DNA of 63,089 nucleotides, filler included, from Octopus bimaculoides (lineage: Eukaryota): NCBI RefSeq assembly GCF_001194135.2. It is 5 parts of 5 records of this genome, joined end to end, with 100 filler letters (N's around TTAATTAATTAA, not from the genome) between each part and the next. Parts side by side here need not be neighbours in the genome. Positions count along the whole stretch, not along the records: positions 31,312 to 41,652 come from NC_069002.1; positions 41,753 to 59,786 come from NC_068983.1; 3 more parts are not named here. One strand, given 5' to 3'. The notes under the pieces are model-generated. The model was not told the DNA's origin and did not search any database. It worked only from the letters and a program-made list of their open reading frames with translations. Shown here piece by piece: positions 40,098-51,293 of this stretch (positions are counted from its first letter, which is position 1; every line of letters begins with the position of its first letter). The position numbers were made by a program, and so were the translations under genes.

Positions 40098-40170
40098 AAT
40101 TCCTATATATATACATATATATATATAAGATGCTTATATACTTATATAAAAGGCATATGTATGTATATAT

Positions 40171-40358
40171 ATCATCATCATCATCGTTTAACGTCCGCTT
40201 TCCATGCTAGCATGGGTTGGACGATTTGACTGAGGACTGGCAAGCCAGAGAGCTGCACCAGGCTCCAATCTGATCTGGCAGAGTTTCTACAGCTGGATGC
40301 CCTTCCTAACGCCAACCACTCCGAGAGTGTAGTGGGTGCTTTTACATGCCACTGGCAC
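40171..40358 (-). mobile_element. 3' part of SINE family F with (GAT)n tail
   Basis: Reverse complement contains gtggttggcgttaggaagggcatccagctgtagaaac (resembles a conserved metazoan SINE central domain; exact superfamily not verified) and ends gttaaacgatgatgatga. Confidence 0.8.
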
Positions 40359-40512
40359 ATATATATATATATTTGTAATATAATATGTGGCAACCGAATA
40401 AATGTCACATTATATTACAAATAAATTCCTCTATTTACATAATATCGAGGTCTCTTTCATTCTTTTGTTGTCTTACCATTACTATTAATATATATATAAA
40501 TATAAATATATA

Positions 40513-41603
40513 GATAAAACTTACTTGGAAAAGGATGCGTGGTGTTCGATCATATAATAATATAAATAATATATAAATATATGCATATATCCATACATAT
40601 ATATACATACCTACATCTGTATGTATACATACATGCATATATGGGTACAGGATATCAAAAAACTGTAAACACAATGAGAAACGAAAACATAGAAAAAGAA
40701 GATTTTTCGAACAATGAAAAAAAAACAAACAGAGAAATGAGACATGCAACATAAAGAGTATAACCCTTCGTCAGTTGTCCGTGTTCCATCTACTCCGCAT
40801 TTTGAAGGCAAGGACAATATGTGACGTCGTTGGAACAGTCCTTACTGCAAAGCAAATTAAATAAAATTTGGGATTTTTTGCGGAGGGTGAAAGTGTTAAG
40901 TAAAAACAAACAGTGAGGGCTGTTGAGCCAAGACGATGAAAAAATTATTATGAACGCTAAGTAGACGAGCCATGACAAAAGAGACTGAAAAAAAGCATGT
41001 CTTTTCTTTAGGAAGGCAGTTTTTTTTTTGTTCAAAAAATGTTCATTTTCTATGTTTTCGTTTCTCATTGTGTTTAACATTTTTTTTGATGTCCTGTACC
41101 CATATATGCATGTATGTATATATATAGATGTAGGTATGTACATATATGTATGGATATATGCATATATTTATATATTATTTATATCATTATATGATCGAAC
41201 ACCACGCATCCTTTTCCAAGTAAGTTTTATCTTAATAATTACAATGCACATTCTTCTAATATCTCTCCTCTGTCTATCTCTCTCCCTCTCTTGTTCTTCA
41301 TCATTTCTGTTTTTCTCTCCCACTCTTTCCCTATTCTTCTCTCTCTCTCACTCTTCTTCCTTGACCCTCTCATCGCTGACACGTGATGAAAGGGGATCTC
41401 TTTTTCTGTCCATTGCCTTCCTAAAGAAAAGACGTGCTTTCTTCTGTCTCTTCTCTCATGGCTCGTTTTCTATGTTTTCGTTTCTCATTGTGTTTAACAT
41501 TTGTTTGATGTCCTGTACCCATATATGCATGTATGTATACATATAGATGTAGGTATGTATATATATGTATGGATATATGCATATCAGGATTGGCTGTGAG
41601 GCG
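40513..41603. repeat. Rearranged repeat with long internal inverted duplications (PLE-like architecture)
   Basis: 40513-40733 is inverted at 41024-41232; 40965-41020 is inverted at 41412-41467; a third partial inverted copy lies at 41468-41603. Confidence 0.85.
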
Positions 41604-41652
41604 CAGGAGTGGCTGTGTGGTAAGTAGCTTGCTTACCAACCACATAGTTCCG
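41600..41652 (+). mobile_element. 5' end of SINE family C, cut by gap
   Basis: ggcgcaggagtggctgtgtggtaagtagcttgcttaccaaccacat. Confidence 0.85.
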
Positions 41653-41752
41653 NNNNNNNNNNNNNNNNNNNNNNNNNNNNNNNNNNNNNNNNNNNNTTAA
41701 TTAATTAANNNNNNNNNNNNNNNNNNNNNNNNNNNNNNNNNNNNNNNNNNNN

Positions 41753-41799
<47 letters not shown>

Positions 41800-42009
41800 T
41801 ACATACATACATACATACATACATACATACATACATACATACATACATACATAAGTTCAGCAAATGTTTAGATTCAGGTGTATATGGTACTTAAGTTGAG
41901 GCACCAGAATTTAGTACGGTATTATCCATACAATTTCGAAGTAAGGTGAATAAAATCAAAATAAACAACAAGGATATCCTTGCTGCTTATTTTGATTATA
42001 TATATATAT

Positions 42010-42335
42010 AGGTATAGGCGTGGTTGTCTGGTATGGAGCTTGCTTTCCAACCACATGGTCCCGGGTTCAGTTCCACTGCGTAGCACCTTGGGCAAGTGTC
42101 TTCTACTATACCCTTGGGCCGACCAAACCCTTGTGAGTGGATTTGGCAGACGGAAGCAGAAAGAAGCGTGATGTATATCCATATCTATCTATCTATCTAT
42201 CTATGTGCATGTGTGTATTTATGCGTGTGTGTGTGTTTGTACCCCATCATCGCTTGTCAATCGGTGTTGGGGTGTTTACATTCCTGTAATCTAGCGGTTC
42301 AGCAAAAGAGGCTGATAGAATAAGTACTAAGATAA
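42010..42335 (+). mobile_element. SINE family C copy, 3'-truncated, with internal microsatellite
   Basis: tRNA-like head, gcaccttgggcaagtgtctt core, internal (TCTA)/(GT) tract, then the 3' half up to gatagaataagtacta. Confidence 0.9.
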
Positions 42336-42790
42336 TAAAAAAAAAAGTACGCCTCTTAATTGCCATATTAGAAAAAGAATAAACTATGTCTTTCGAACAA
42401 CACACACACACACTCACACACGCACGCACGCAGAAAATGTAATATTTTTACAGATAAGAGTGATTAAATGGAGGATATTTAGGGTGGTAAATACTTTGTC
42501 TTATTATATTATAACTAACCCGTTTGATTATTTTAACATCTAACTTACATCTCCTTAGTATTGTACGAGTGCATGTGAATAAGTCGTAATAATATGAAAG
42601 CATACAAAGTAATCCAGAAAATATTTTCATGGCATCACTTCATATCACCGATACAGTAAAGCGTGTTATTCCGTTAAATCTAAGATTAACTCAGCTAACA
42701 AAATTTGCTGTATATACATACCCACATATATAAATGTACTTATATAAATTCTCTCACATACAAACGGTATACAAAATATCTTTCTCTCTT

Positions 42791-42849
<59 letters not shown>

Positions 42850-43699
42850 CTCTCTCTCTACACACACACCAATATAACATGCACTCAAATTCAGTACCTG
42901 TTACTGTATCATCATGTCGCTTCTATCGCCTATCTACATCTACCACGTCCATCACCACCATAACTTGTACAAGTTCTCTCACAGACTACTTCGCTCAACT
43001 AATGTTACTTTCAAATTCCCTTTCTAGCATCATGCCCACTCCACATTTACTCAACAACAATAATAAAAGCAACAATTATCTGTAATACGTGCCTGCGCGC
43101 GCATGTGTGCTTTCTGTCGCGAAAGTCAACCAATTTCAGTTCAAGAATTAATAGGATTTCACGTAGAATTTGTGTCTAATCTGTTCTTCAGAACAGAATA
43201 TTCACTAATGACTTGCAATTCCTTGCCATAATTGCGACCACTAAGCTTTTAATCTTAGAGACGTTTACAACAAACCGATCCGCTAAATTCTTCAACATCA
43301 AAAACCCCCATCTCATCATCACCACCACCACCGTTCCCACAACAACAACAATCGCCAATAATATCATAGCTACTGAAAGTATCTTAATCAGTAGCATCAA
43401 CGACACAACTGCCATTATCACCACCAAGGTCACTATCACGTTCACCACCAACACCATCATTAACCCTTATCAACAACACTATTGTTATTATCACCATCAA
43501 CGCTACGCTATCTTCAACATCGCCACAATCTCCACCACCTCTACCGTCACCATAACATCATCACCACTACTACTGCGAACATCAATACCATTACCACAAC
43601 ACCCATCACCCCCAACAACATTACCAGTACCACCACCATAACCATCACTATAGCCACGACCACTTGAAAGGTAAAACTCACTTTGAAGTCTCTGCCTGG

Positions 43700-43885
43700 T
43701 AGTACTAACCGGTAAAAATAGCAACCAAATCTCCAACATGTCATACGTATTTTTAAAACTATAGAGAATTGACACAGTTAATATAGTTGTCGATACGTTA
43801 TGCCTGAAAAACAATGGAATGTCATCGGCTAAAATCATTTGAATATAGGTTTGCACATTCATGACTGATCAGTGGCTAATTAACA
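43700..43885 (+). repeat. Dispersed repeat (family G 3' part)
   Basis: Similarity to 29565-29720; ends ggctaattaacagcaac. Confidence 0.45.
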
Positions 43886-43902
43886 GCAACATTTCTACCT
43901 CA

Positions 43903-43987
<85 letters not shown>

Positions 43988-44006
43988 TAATAATAATAAT
44001 AATAAT

Positions 44007-45120
44007 ATCTCTGGCTGCCCAGTCCTGGCTAAGAAGGAATATATTCACAGATACGACAAAGCTGGGACCTATATACACTGGAAGCTATGCCAACACTATG
44101 GAATAACAACAGAAAAAAGATGGTATAAACACACGCCAGAAAAGGTCACAGAAAACGAGAAAGCAACCATACTCTGGGATATGCCAATACACACAGATAG
44201 AGAAATTAAGGCCAATAGGTCAGATATAGTTGTCAAAGATCATGAAGGAAAAAATGCTTTCTAATTNNNNNNNNNNNNNNNNNNNNNNNNNNNNNNNNNN
44301 NNNNNNNNNNNNNNNNNNNNNNNNNNNNNNNNNNNNNNNNNNNNNNNNNNNNNNNNNNNNNNNNNNNNNNNNNNNNNNNNNNNNNNNNNNNNNNNNNNNN
44401 NNNNNNNNNNNNNNNNNNNNNNNNNNNNNNNNNNNNNNNNNNNNNNNNNNNNNNNNNNNNNNNNNNNNNNNNNNNNNNNNNNNNNNNNNNNNNNNNNNNN
44501 NNNNNNNNNNNNNNNNNNNNNNNNNNNNNNNNNNNNNNNNNNNNNNNNNNNNNNNNNNNNNNNNNNNNNNNNNNNNNNNNNNNNNNNNNNNNNNNNNNNN
44601 NNNNNNNNNNNNNNNNNNNNNNNNNNNNNNNNNNNNNNNNNNNNNNNNNNNNNNNNNNNNNNNNNNNNNNNNNNNNNNNNNNNNNNNNNNNNNNNNNNNN
44701 NNNNNNNNNNNNNNNNNNNNNNNNNNNNNNNNNNNNNNNNNNNNNNNNNNNNNNNNNNNNNNNNNNNNNNNNNNNNNNNNNNNNNNNNNNNNNNNNNNNN
44801 NNNNNNNNNNNNNNNNNNNNNNNNNNNNNNNNNNNNNNNNNNNNNNNNNNNNNNNNNNNNNNNNNNNNNNNNNNNNNNNNNNNNNNNNNNNNNNNNNNNN
44901 NNNNNNNNNNNNNNNNNNNNNNNNNNNNNNNNNNNNNNNNNNNNNNNNNNNNNNNNNNNNNNNNNNNNNNNNNNNNNNNNNNAGAACAACACTGTACAAA
45001 TTCAAATATATGGTACCCTAGGCATAACACCTACATGAACTTCTAACTTGTTGTCTCTTGAGGTCTTTGGGTGAGACTTGGATCCAACTTGTACAAATGC
45101 AAAGCAAAAGTCAAACATAA

Positions 45121-45121
<1 letters not shown>
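44007..45121 (+). mobile_element. 5'-truncated R4/Dong-type non-LTR retrotransposon (zinc-knuckle end, RLE domain, 3' UTR), interrupted by a gap
   Basis: 44007-44266 reads ISGCPVLAKKEYIHRYDKAGTYIHWKLCQHYG...ATILWDMPIHTDREIKANRSDIVVKD, the CCHC-end/RHD/LWD/NRPDIV signature of RLE elements; (TAA)n on both flanks; 44983-45121 taken as 3' UTR by position. Confidence 0.85.

Positions 45122-45198
<77 letters not shown>
45121..45198. repeat. (AAT)11 abutting (ATT)15: palindromic microsatellite junction
   Basis: Polarity flips at 45153/45154. Confidence 0.9.
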
Positions 45199-45200
<2 letters not shown>

Positions 45201-45358
45201 TGAATTTTTTTTAAATACACATTTTACCTGTGAATTTGCGTGAATTGAGAATGCATACAACGAGTTTCTCTGCCCTAGGTGTACGGAAAACACTCGGCGA
45301 GAAATGGAAGAAAATTTGAAGAAAGAAGAAAAAAAAACAACATAATAATAATAATAAA

Positions 45359-45895
45359 TGCCCTGATGCAGTGCCAGGCACTGACTCTCGTGGCTTCTCA
45401 TCTTAACTAATTGGAAATGTAATCATGTACATGTTTTGTCTTGGTATAAAAGATGGGCTACAGCAAATATTCTGCTCAGTACCACAGATTTGCTTGTCAG
45501 TTGTTTGACTTTAACCAGTTGAGCATGTCCCTTGGTGGCTGACAATATGTGCACCTCTGATCGTAAGCAGAAGTAGTGGAGGAGCATCATAACTATGTGT
45601 CGAGAGGAAGTTTCGGGTGTTTGAATAATTCACCTTTGGAAACATGGATGTTTCGTTCAACATCCTTAAACAAACCTTACTCAAGGACCTTTTCAGCGGG
45701 ACCTGAAGGAAATTCTAACTGGGCTCCATCTGCAAGGTCACGCGCTGTATCTCCTGATATGAGATCACCATCCTGTGCACATGTGGTTGTGATGCATGTG
45801 CCTGGTGTACCCTTATCAGACAGGCTGTCGTGATGGGTATACTGGGCTTATTTTACCCCAGTGTCACTTTGATGGCATGCACTGCCCTTTCACTC
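45359..45895 (+). mobile_element. Element E inserted in (TAA)n
   Basis: Starts tgccctgatgcag, ends tcactc; (TAA)n on both sides; reverse complement of 21908-22462. Confidence 0.85.
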
Positions 45896-45939
<44 letters not shown>

Positions 45940-47089
45940 TAATAATAATAATAATAATAATGATAATATAAGTCATCATTATCAGGAGCAGGATTAGCAG
46001 CAAGTCTCGTCTCCTCTCAGCTGGGTGAATATCTCAGATCACCATCTTGATATCTCATGTCCTCATAGATTTCTTTTGCTAGACTTATTCATTCACAATA
46101 ATTTAAATCTGTATAATATAGCTAGCCATGGAATTCTTGATTTTCTTCTTCCTCACTCTCTATTATTAGTCTCAAGTATTCAAAATATTATGTTGTCTTT
46201 TAATCATATCTAAAAAAATTTCTTCGCTTTTACCGTTCTTAGTACTTAAAAAGAAAACAGTCAACCCTATTAGTAAAAAGCTCAAACATCGAGAATTTTA
46301 CTACAACATTACAAATAGCAAAAGTATCAACGAATTATTTCTTCAATTACAAATATGGTAACCATCATCAATGTTGCTAAAAGAGACTAAGAGTATCTAT
46401 AAATTTGAGAACCGAGTTTGGTTATGCTTCCACTAGTTTGATGCTTTGTGGTTATGAACTCAATTCCATTAATTCAAATCTATCTTTTATGCCTTTAGGG
46501 TTTTTGAAGATAGTATCAGTTAAATATTCATATGACATTCTATTTAAACAGTAGAATGTCTGATACAACGTTTGTGCCTCGGGTTCGAATCACTTTCTTA
46601 AATTCATTTCCTCTAAATTGTGTCACAGTAACGAATTGATATACTTGTTATTTATCTAGTCATTTGTTTCATTTCTTTTAAATAAGTTGCTTTAATAGTA
46701 AAACGCTTATAATTTTCCTGAAACAGTTTCAAAGGCGGAAATTTTTTTTTTAATTATTTTTGTCAATGTAAAGTAAAATAATTTTGTAGGACTGTACCGT
46801 TGAAACACTCTAGGTCACTAGTGAAATAGTCTAAACATCGAAGGAACATGCACACAAGTTCCTTCGAGGTTCTCATGGATTATTGTTGTTATTTAGTCTG
46901 TCTTAGGTAAAGACGTTCAACGAAACCAATCTCATACCTTACATCTCATCTTTTTCTAAGACTGTAAGAAGTGATTTAAAGATTGGTAGCAGTTTAGTGA
47001 GAACATATAGGTTCTGTCTTTAATCAATACAACTGGTGTAGAAATGGTATCCCGGATAGTATTAGAATAGGAAATATGATCAGATAGAA

Positions 47090-47760
47090 AGTTCCATTGA
47101 AATACAGTTATCGTAAGGAAGAATTAAAAAATGGTATTCATAAATTGAATTCTAATGGAAGGATGTAATTGCTAAACTTCTCCTGTTCCCCATCACCATT
47201 GATAAGCGTGAAAATGGTGTCTAAACAAACAGAAGTTGCCAATGTCTTATTGGAACAATATCATCTTCTCCCATGAATCACCATTCACGCTTATACCCCA
47301 CTTCAGCCTAAGTTTACGTCTAAAGATAGTCCAAAATAGCCTCCAACCCTGTTTGGCCATTGCCTTGAAGCATGGAGATTCTCTGTGTTTACGTGCACAG
47401 CCACATCACGGAGTTCTTTAGTTATTTTATATGGCAGACTTAATGTTAAGGATTATCTAAGTATTTTGTCTTATCATGTCCATCCTACTCTTCAAACATT
47501 CTTCCCTCATGGTAGCCCAGTCTTCCAAAGCGATAATGCACCGATTCATTAGCAGTATGCTAATATTAGTCAAAATTGGTACGCAGATCACAATAGTTGA
47601 CCACTTAGATTGGTCCCCACAGTCACAAGATTTCAATGTAGTGAAATATTTATTGTGCATTTTGGAGCAGTGGTGGGAGCTGCTTCCCTCGACCATCGTT
47701 GTAAAAGAAGTAAAGCAGGCTTGACTTGAAGAATAGCTCAAACTTTCCTTATTAATCGTT
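47090..47760 (+). pseudogene. Tc1-family (DD34E-like) transposase remnant
   Basis: WNNIIFSHES (47251-47280), FQSDNAPIH (47523-47549) and WSPQSQDFNVVK (47611-47646) match the three catalytic motifs in order; frameshifted. Confidence 0.85.
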
Positions 47761-47787
47761 CATAAAGAGTCAAATACTCTATGTATT

Positions 47788-47984
47788 GAGGCAAAGATTC
47801 ATTTGAGAGGAACAGGATAAGTCGATTATATCGACCCCAATGATCAAATGGCACTTAATTTATCAATCCCGAAAGAAGGAAGGGCAAAGTCAACCCGGCA
47901 GCATTTGAATTCAAAATGTAAAGACAGACGAAATGCCGCTAAGCATTTCGCTCGGCGTGGTAACAATTCTGCCACATCGCCGCC
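47788..47984 (-). mobile_element. SINE family B copy
   Basis: Reverse-complement B motifs. Confidence 0.9.
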
Positions 47985-48052
47985 TTACTACAGGCGCATA
48001 CATATAATATACATATATACATACATATATACGTACGTACACACACACACAC

Positions 48053-48085
<33 letters not shown>

Positions 48086-48318
48086 NNNNNNNNNNNNNNN
48101 NNNNNNNNNNNNNNNNNNNNNNNNNNNNNNNNNNNNNNNNNNNNNNNNNNNNNNNNNNNNNNNNNNNNNNNNNNNNNNNNNNNNNNNNNNNNNNNNNNNN
48201 NNNNNNNNNNNNNNNNNNNNNNNNNNNNNNNNNNNNNNNNNNNNNNNGAATAATTTCACTGGAAAAAGATATAAAGTTTTGCCAGGAATTAGCTTTCTCA
48301 TCGTAGATCGGTGGGTAT

Positions 48319-48363
48319 CGGACGCTGACGAAGGGAAATAACCCTGAAACTCGAGTCCGCTCG
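48319..48363 (+). ncRNA. Minimal type I hammerhead ribozyme, Penelope-type, intact core
   Basis: CGGACG-CUGACGA-AGGG(AAAUAA)CCCU-GAAA-C(UCGA)G-UC-CGCUCG; palindromic loop III; predicted cleavage after C48357. Confidence 0.8.
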
Positions 48364-48799
48364 TGCTACAGATCACGATGAGAGGGATAACTTCCCTTGG
48401 CAAAACAAAAATAGACAGGACACAGAAGTGTGTCGGTAAGCCAGCTGTAGGAGATGTCCTCCTGGGGCTAAAAGCAACAGTAACATCCACCCCTAGGGGT
48501 CAGCCACATTTAAGTGGCAATATACTTCACTTTATCGTGCAGTTACTGTTAATACCTCGTTTAGAGAATTAACATTGCTTATATATATATAGTTCTCTCA
48601 TTACTTTTAGAGTGTCAAAACTTCAAGATCGGTCAACTAATTGCGAAGATACATTCGATTTATCGACTTTACATATATGAAACATACCACAGTATGCATG
48701 ACTACTCTTGAAGGTAATACTGGGTTTGTTCAATCACAGCAGCAGCAACAGAAAAAGCGGCAACAATCACGTCCTCGTACTAGTTTATTAAATGTGTCA

Positions 48800-49008
48800 C
48801 ATTTTGGCATTAGACCAGCAATTTTAGAGAGATGGGACAGTCGGTTACATCGACCTCGGTACTTAACTGGTACTTTATTTTATCGGTCCCAAAATGATTA
48901 AAAGCAAAGCTGACGTCAGTGGGATTTGGACTCTAAGCGTACAGAGCCGGAAGAAATGCTACAAATCATTTTGTCCGACGCCGTAACAATTCTGCCAGCT
49001 CATTGCCT
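48800..49008 (-). mobile_element. SINE family B copy
   Basis: Reverse-complement B motifs. Confidence 0.85.
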
Positions 49009-49189
49009 TGCATTGATTTAATAACACACTTCGTGTTTACGCACAAGTACGTGTGAGTACGTGCACACGTGCATGTGTGTTGGTACAAACTAAATAATAT
49101 TGTCCTTCTTATAGTCCATCTTCTCTCAACCTCGAGATACATACATTTCGCTATCTCTCTCCTTTTTCGATAACTCTTCTTCATTTATC

Positions 49190-49195
49190 TCTCTT

Positions 49196-49262
<67 letters not shown>
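49190..49262. repeat. (CT)n microsatellite
   Basis: Directly visible. Confidence 0.95.
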
Positions 49263-49266
<4 letters not shown>

Positions 49267-51293
49267 GTATATATATCTATGTGTGTGTGTATTTCTCACA
49301 TGTTCTCGCATTCTTCTCAATATTCTCCTTCCACCACATCTCTCTCACCCGTACATCCTTTCTCAGACACTATTCCTTCTCCCTCTGAGACTTCTCCATT
49401 TCTCTACACAGCAGGAAATAAACACGATCGCTCACAGACATCCAATAATCACAACTGATGACTCAAGCTATACATTCAACTGCACCATGGAAATAATACT
49501 GTCCAACCTACATCCGGGATGTTATTTCATCTATGGCTGTATTTTATTTTCGGCTTTTCTACTCGTGTATGAATTTCTCTCAGTGGCACAGATCTTAAGA
49601 AACTTTACCACACGCAGGCACACACATATCTATATATACACACACACGCACATACGTTCCTTCACACATTCACACATACAAGTGTTCTTACATATATATA
49701 CACACATCTAAGAATCCACACGACAGAAAATAGTCACTCCTATTTTTGTCGATAGAATGGGTGTATTATTTATCCAATACAGCATTATAGATCTATTTAA
49801 ACCGATACGTTTGTGAAATGATTCAGTACTACCAGAAACGAAAAGTAAGCATACAGATGGAGTAATTCCTGGTTTCTTATTTGATATAGTCACAATAATT
49901 TTTCTTTTTGATATAGTCACAATATTTTTTTCTTTTTTAAAGTTAACTATTTTTCAAAAATTTTGATTCAACAGAAATGTTACCAAACTATATGAAAGAA
50001 GTTTTCGTATAATGTATATTTTGTGTCTAGTGAGTACTTTGTGTATGAGAGCTTTCCTTATAGTAATGTTGGCGATGAGCTAAATCTACCAACATTACTG
50101 TGGATCGCCGAGTCCCAGAAACAGCTGTTGAACTTATAATACTTTTCTTCTTTTAATTTTCTTTGTCATTTGTTCTCTGTATAAGCTAGACCTATTACTA
50201 TAAATATCTATATATTTATACATAAAAATTCATCTTCTGAAAGTTTCCAGTTTTGCTTTCTCTCGTTTTGTATGTATACATATATGCATATCTTGTATTT
50301 AATATATTTAATATATTTGATCTGTCTAATTTGTTTATCCGCATAATTGCTTCTATACCCGCGCAGCTTGACCCCTCGTATAGCCTTTTTTTTTACCATT
50401 TAGAATGATTCCTTGAGAAAAGTATCAGGTGGTCGTAGAATATGCTAGAAACAACAGCTATTTCTCCCTTAACTCACCTTTTCGTTTGAAAATATTTGCA
50501 AAACTTTTACTTTTCAGAAGGCTTCTCACATCGTTTTTAAGTGAGTAATGCAAAAACTGTCAAATTTTGTTATTTGCTCATTTCGTAAGCACAGGTATAG
50601 GAACAAGGATCAAATAGCCATAAACTGCGAAGCACAACCAACAGCAGAACGTATGAGAAGGAGTAGCAACATCAACCGGTAAAAATCATAAATTTTCAAA
50701 ACTTTGTTGATAAAAAGCTTCCTTGCATCATTTCCGAAACCGTAATCTAAGCAAAATGGAGAAATCCCCGTCGAAAAGGAGAAATCCAACTTATGTGGAC
50801 GTCCTAATCTGAAACTCCACATTAAAGTTTCTTGAGATGGTGTCGTGTTCCAAAATCTCAGAATCTATTTAGTTTTATACCTACTACAAATGTGCCAAAC
50901 CTCAAGTCCCTGTGACTTGTACTTTTGAATTTAACTAAATTTGAAAACACTGCGAAATTGACTGTGACATGTAACAAAGTAGGCTTTAAATAAATATTTT
51001 TTTTAATTGCCAAAGACAAAAGCTTTATTTCCAAGAACCTGAAAAAATTAGACGACTGTTATACCATGCTCACTATTAATCTGTGTAATTTGAAGATGAT
51101 TATGCCTCAGTTTCAAGAATAAGACATCACAGATATAGTTAATCATTCATTTAGGTCAATTATGCAAGACCTCGACCAATTCGCTGACCATTCAAATTGT
51201 CATATTTCCTAATGTATTCATCCAAATTTCACAAATAAGGTATCAAAATAAATCTTTTAGAATGCTCTCCAAGAAAAAGTACAGTAAAAATTA

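Noticed and set aside
40745-40790. Minus-strand CUGACGAAGGG similar to the 48319 hammerhead start
   Set aside because: No downstream GAAA or stem III; a type II arrangement does not pair convincingly.
43150-43200. Loose hammerhead match on the minus strand (CUGAAGA...GAAA-UCCUA-UU)
   Set aside because: Stem II is bulged and weak, and a competing hairpin (ctgttc-tgaa-gaacag) sequesters the core; likely chance.
49400-49540. Possible second GIY-YIG start (YTFNCTMEII...GCYFIYG)
   Set aside because: The CxxC and GIY-YIG residues are too eroded to call.
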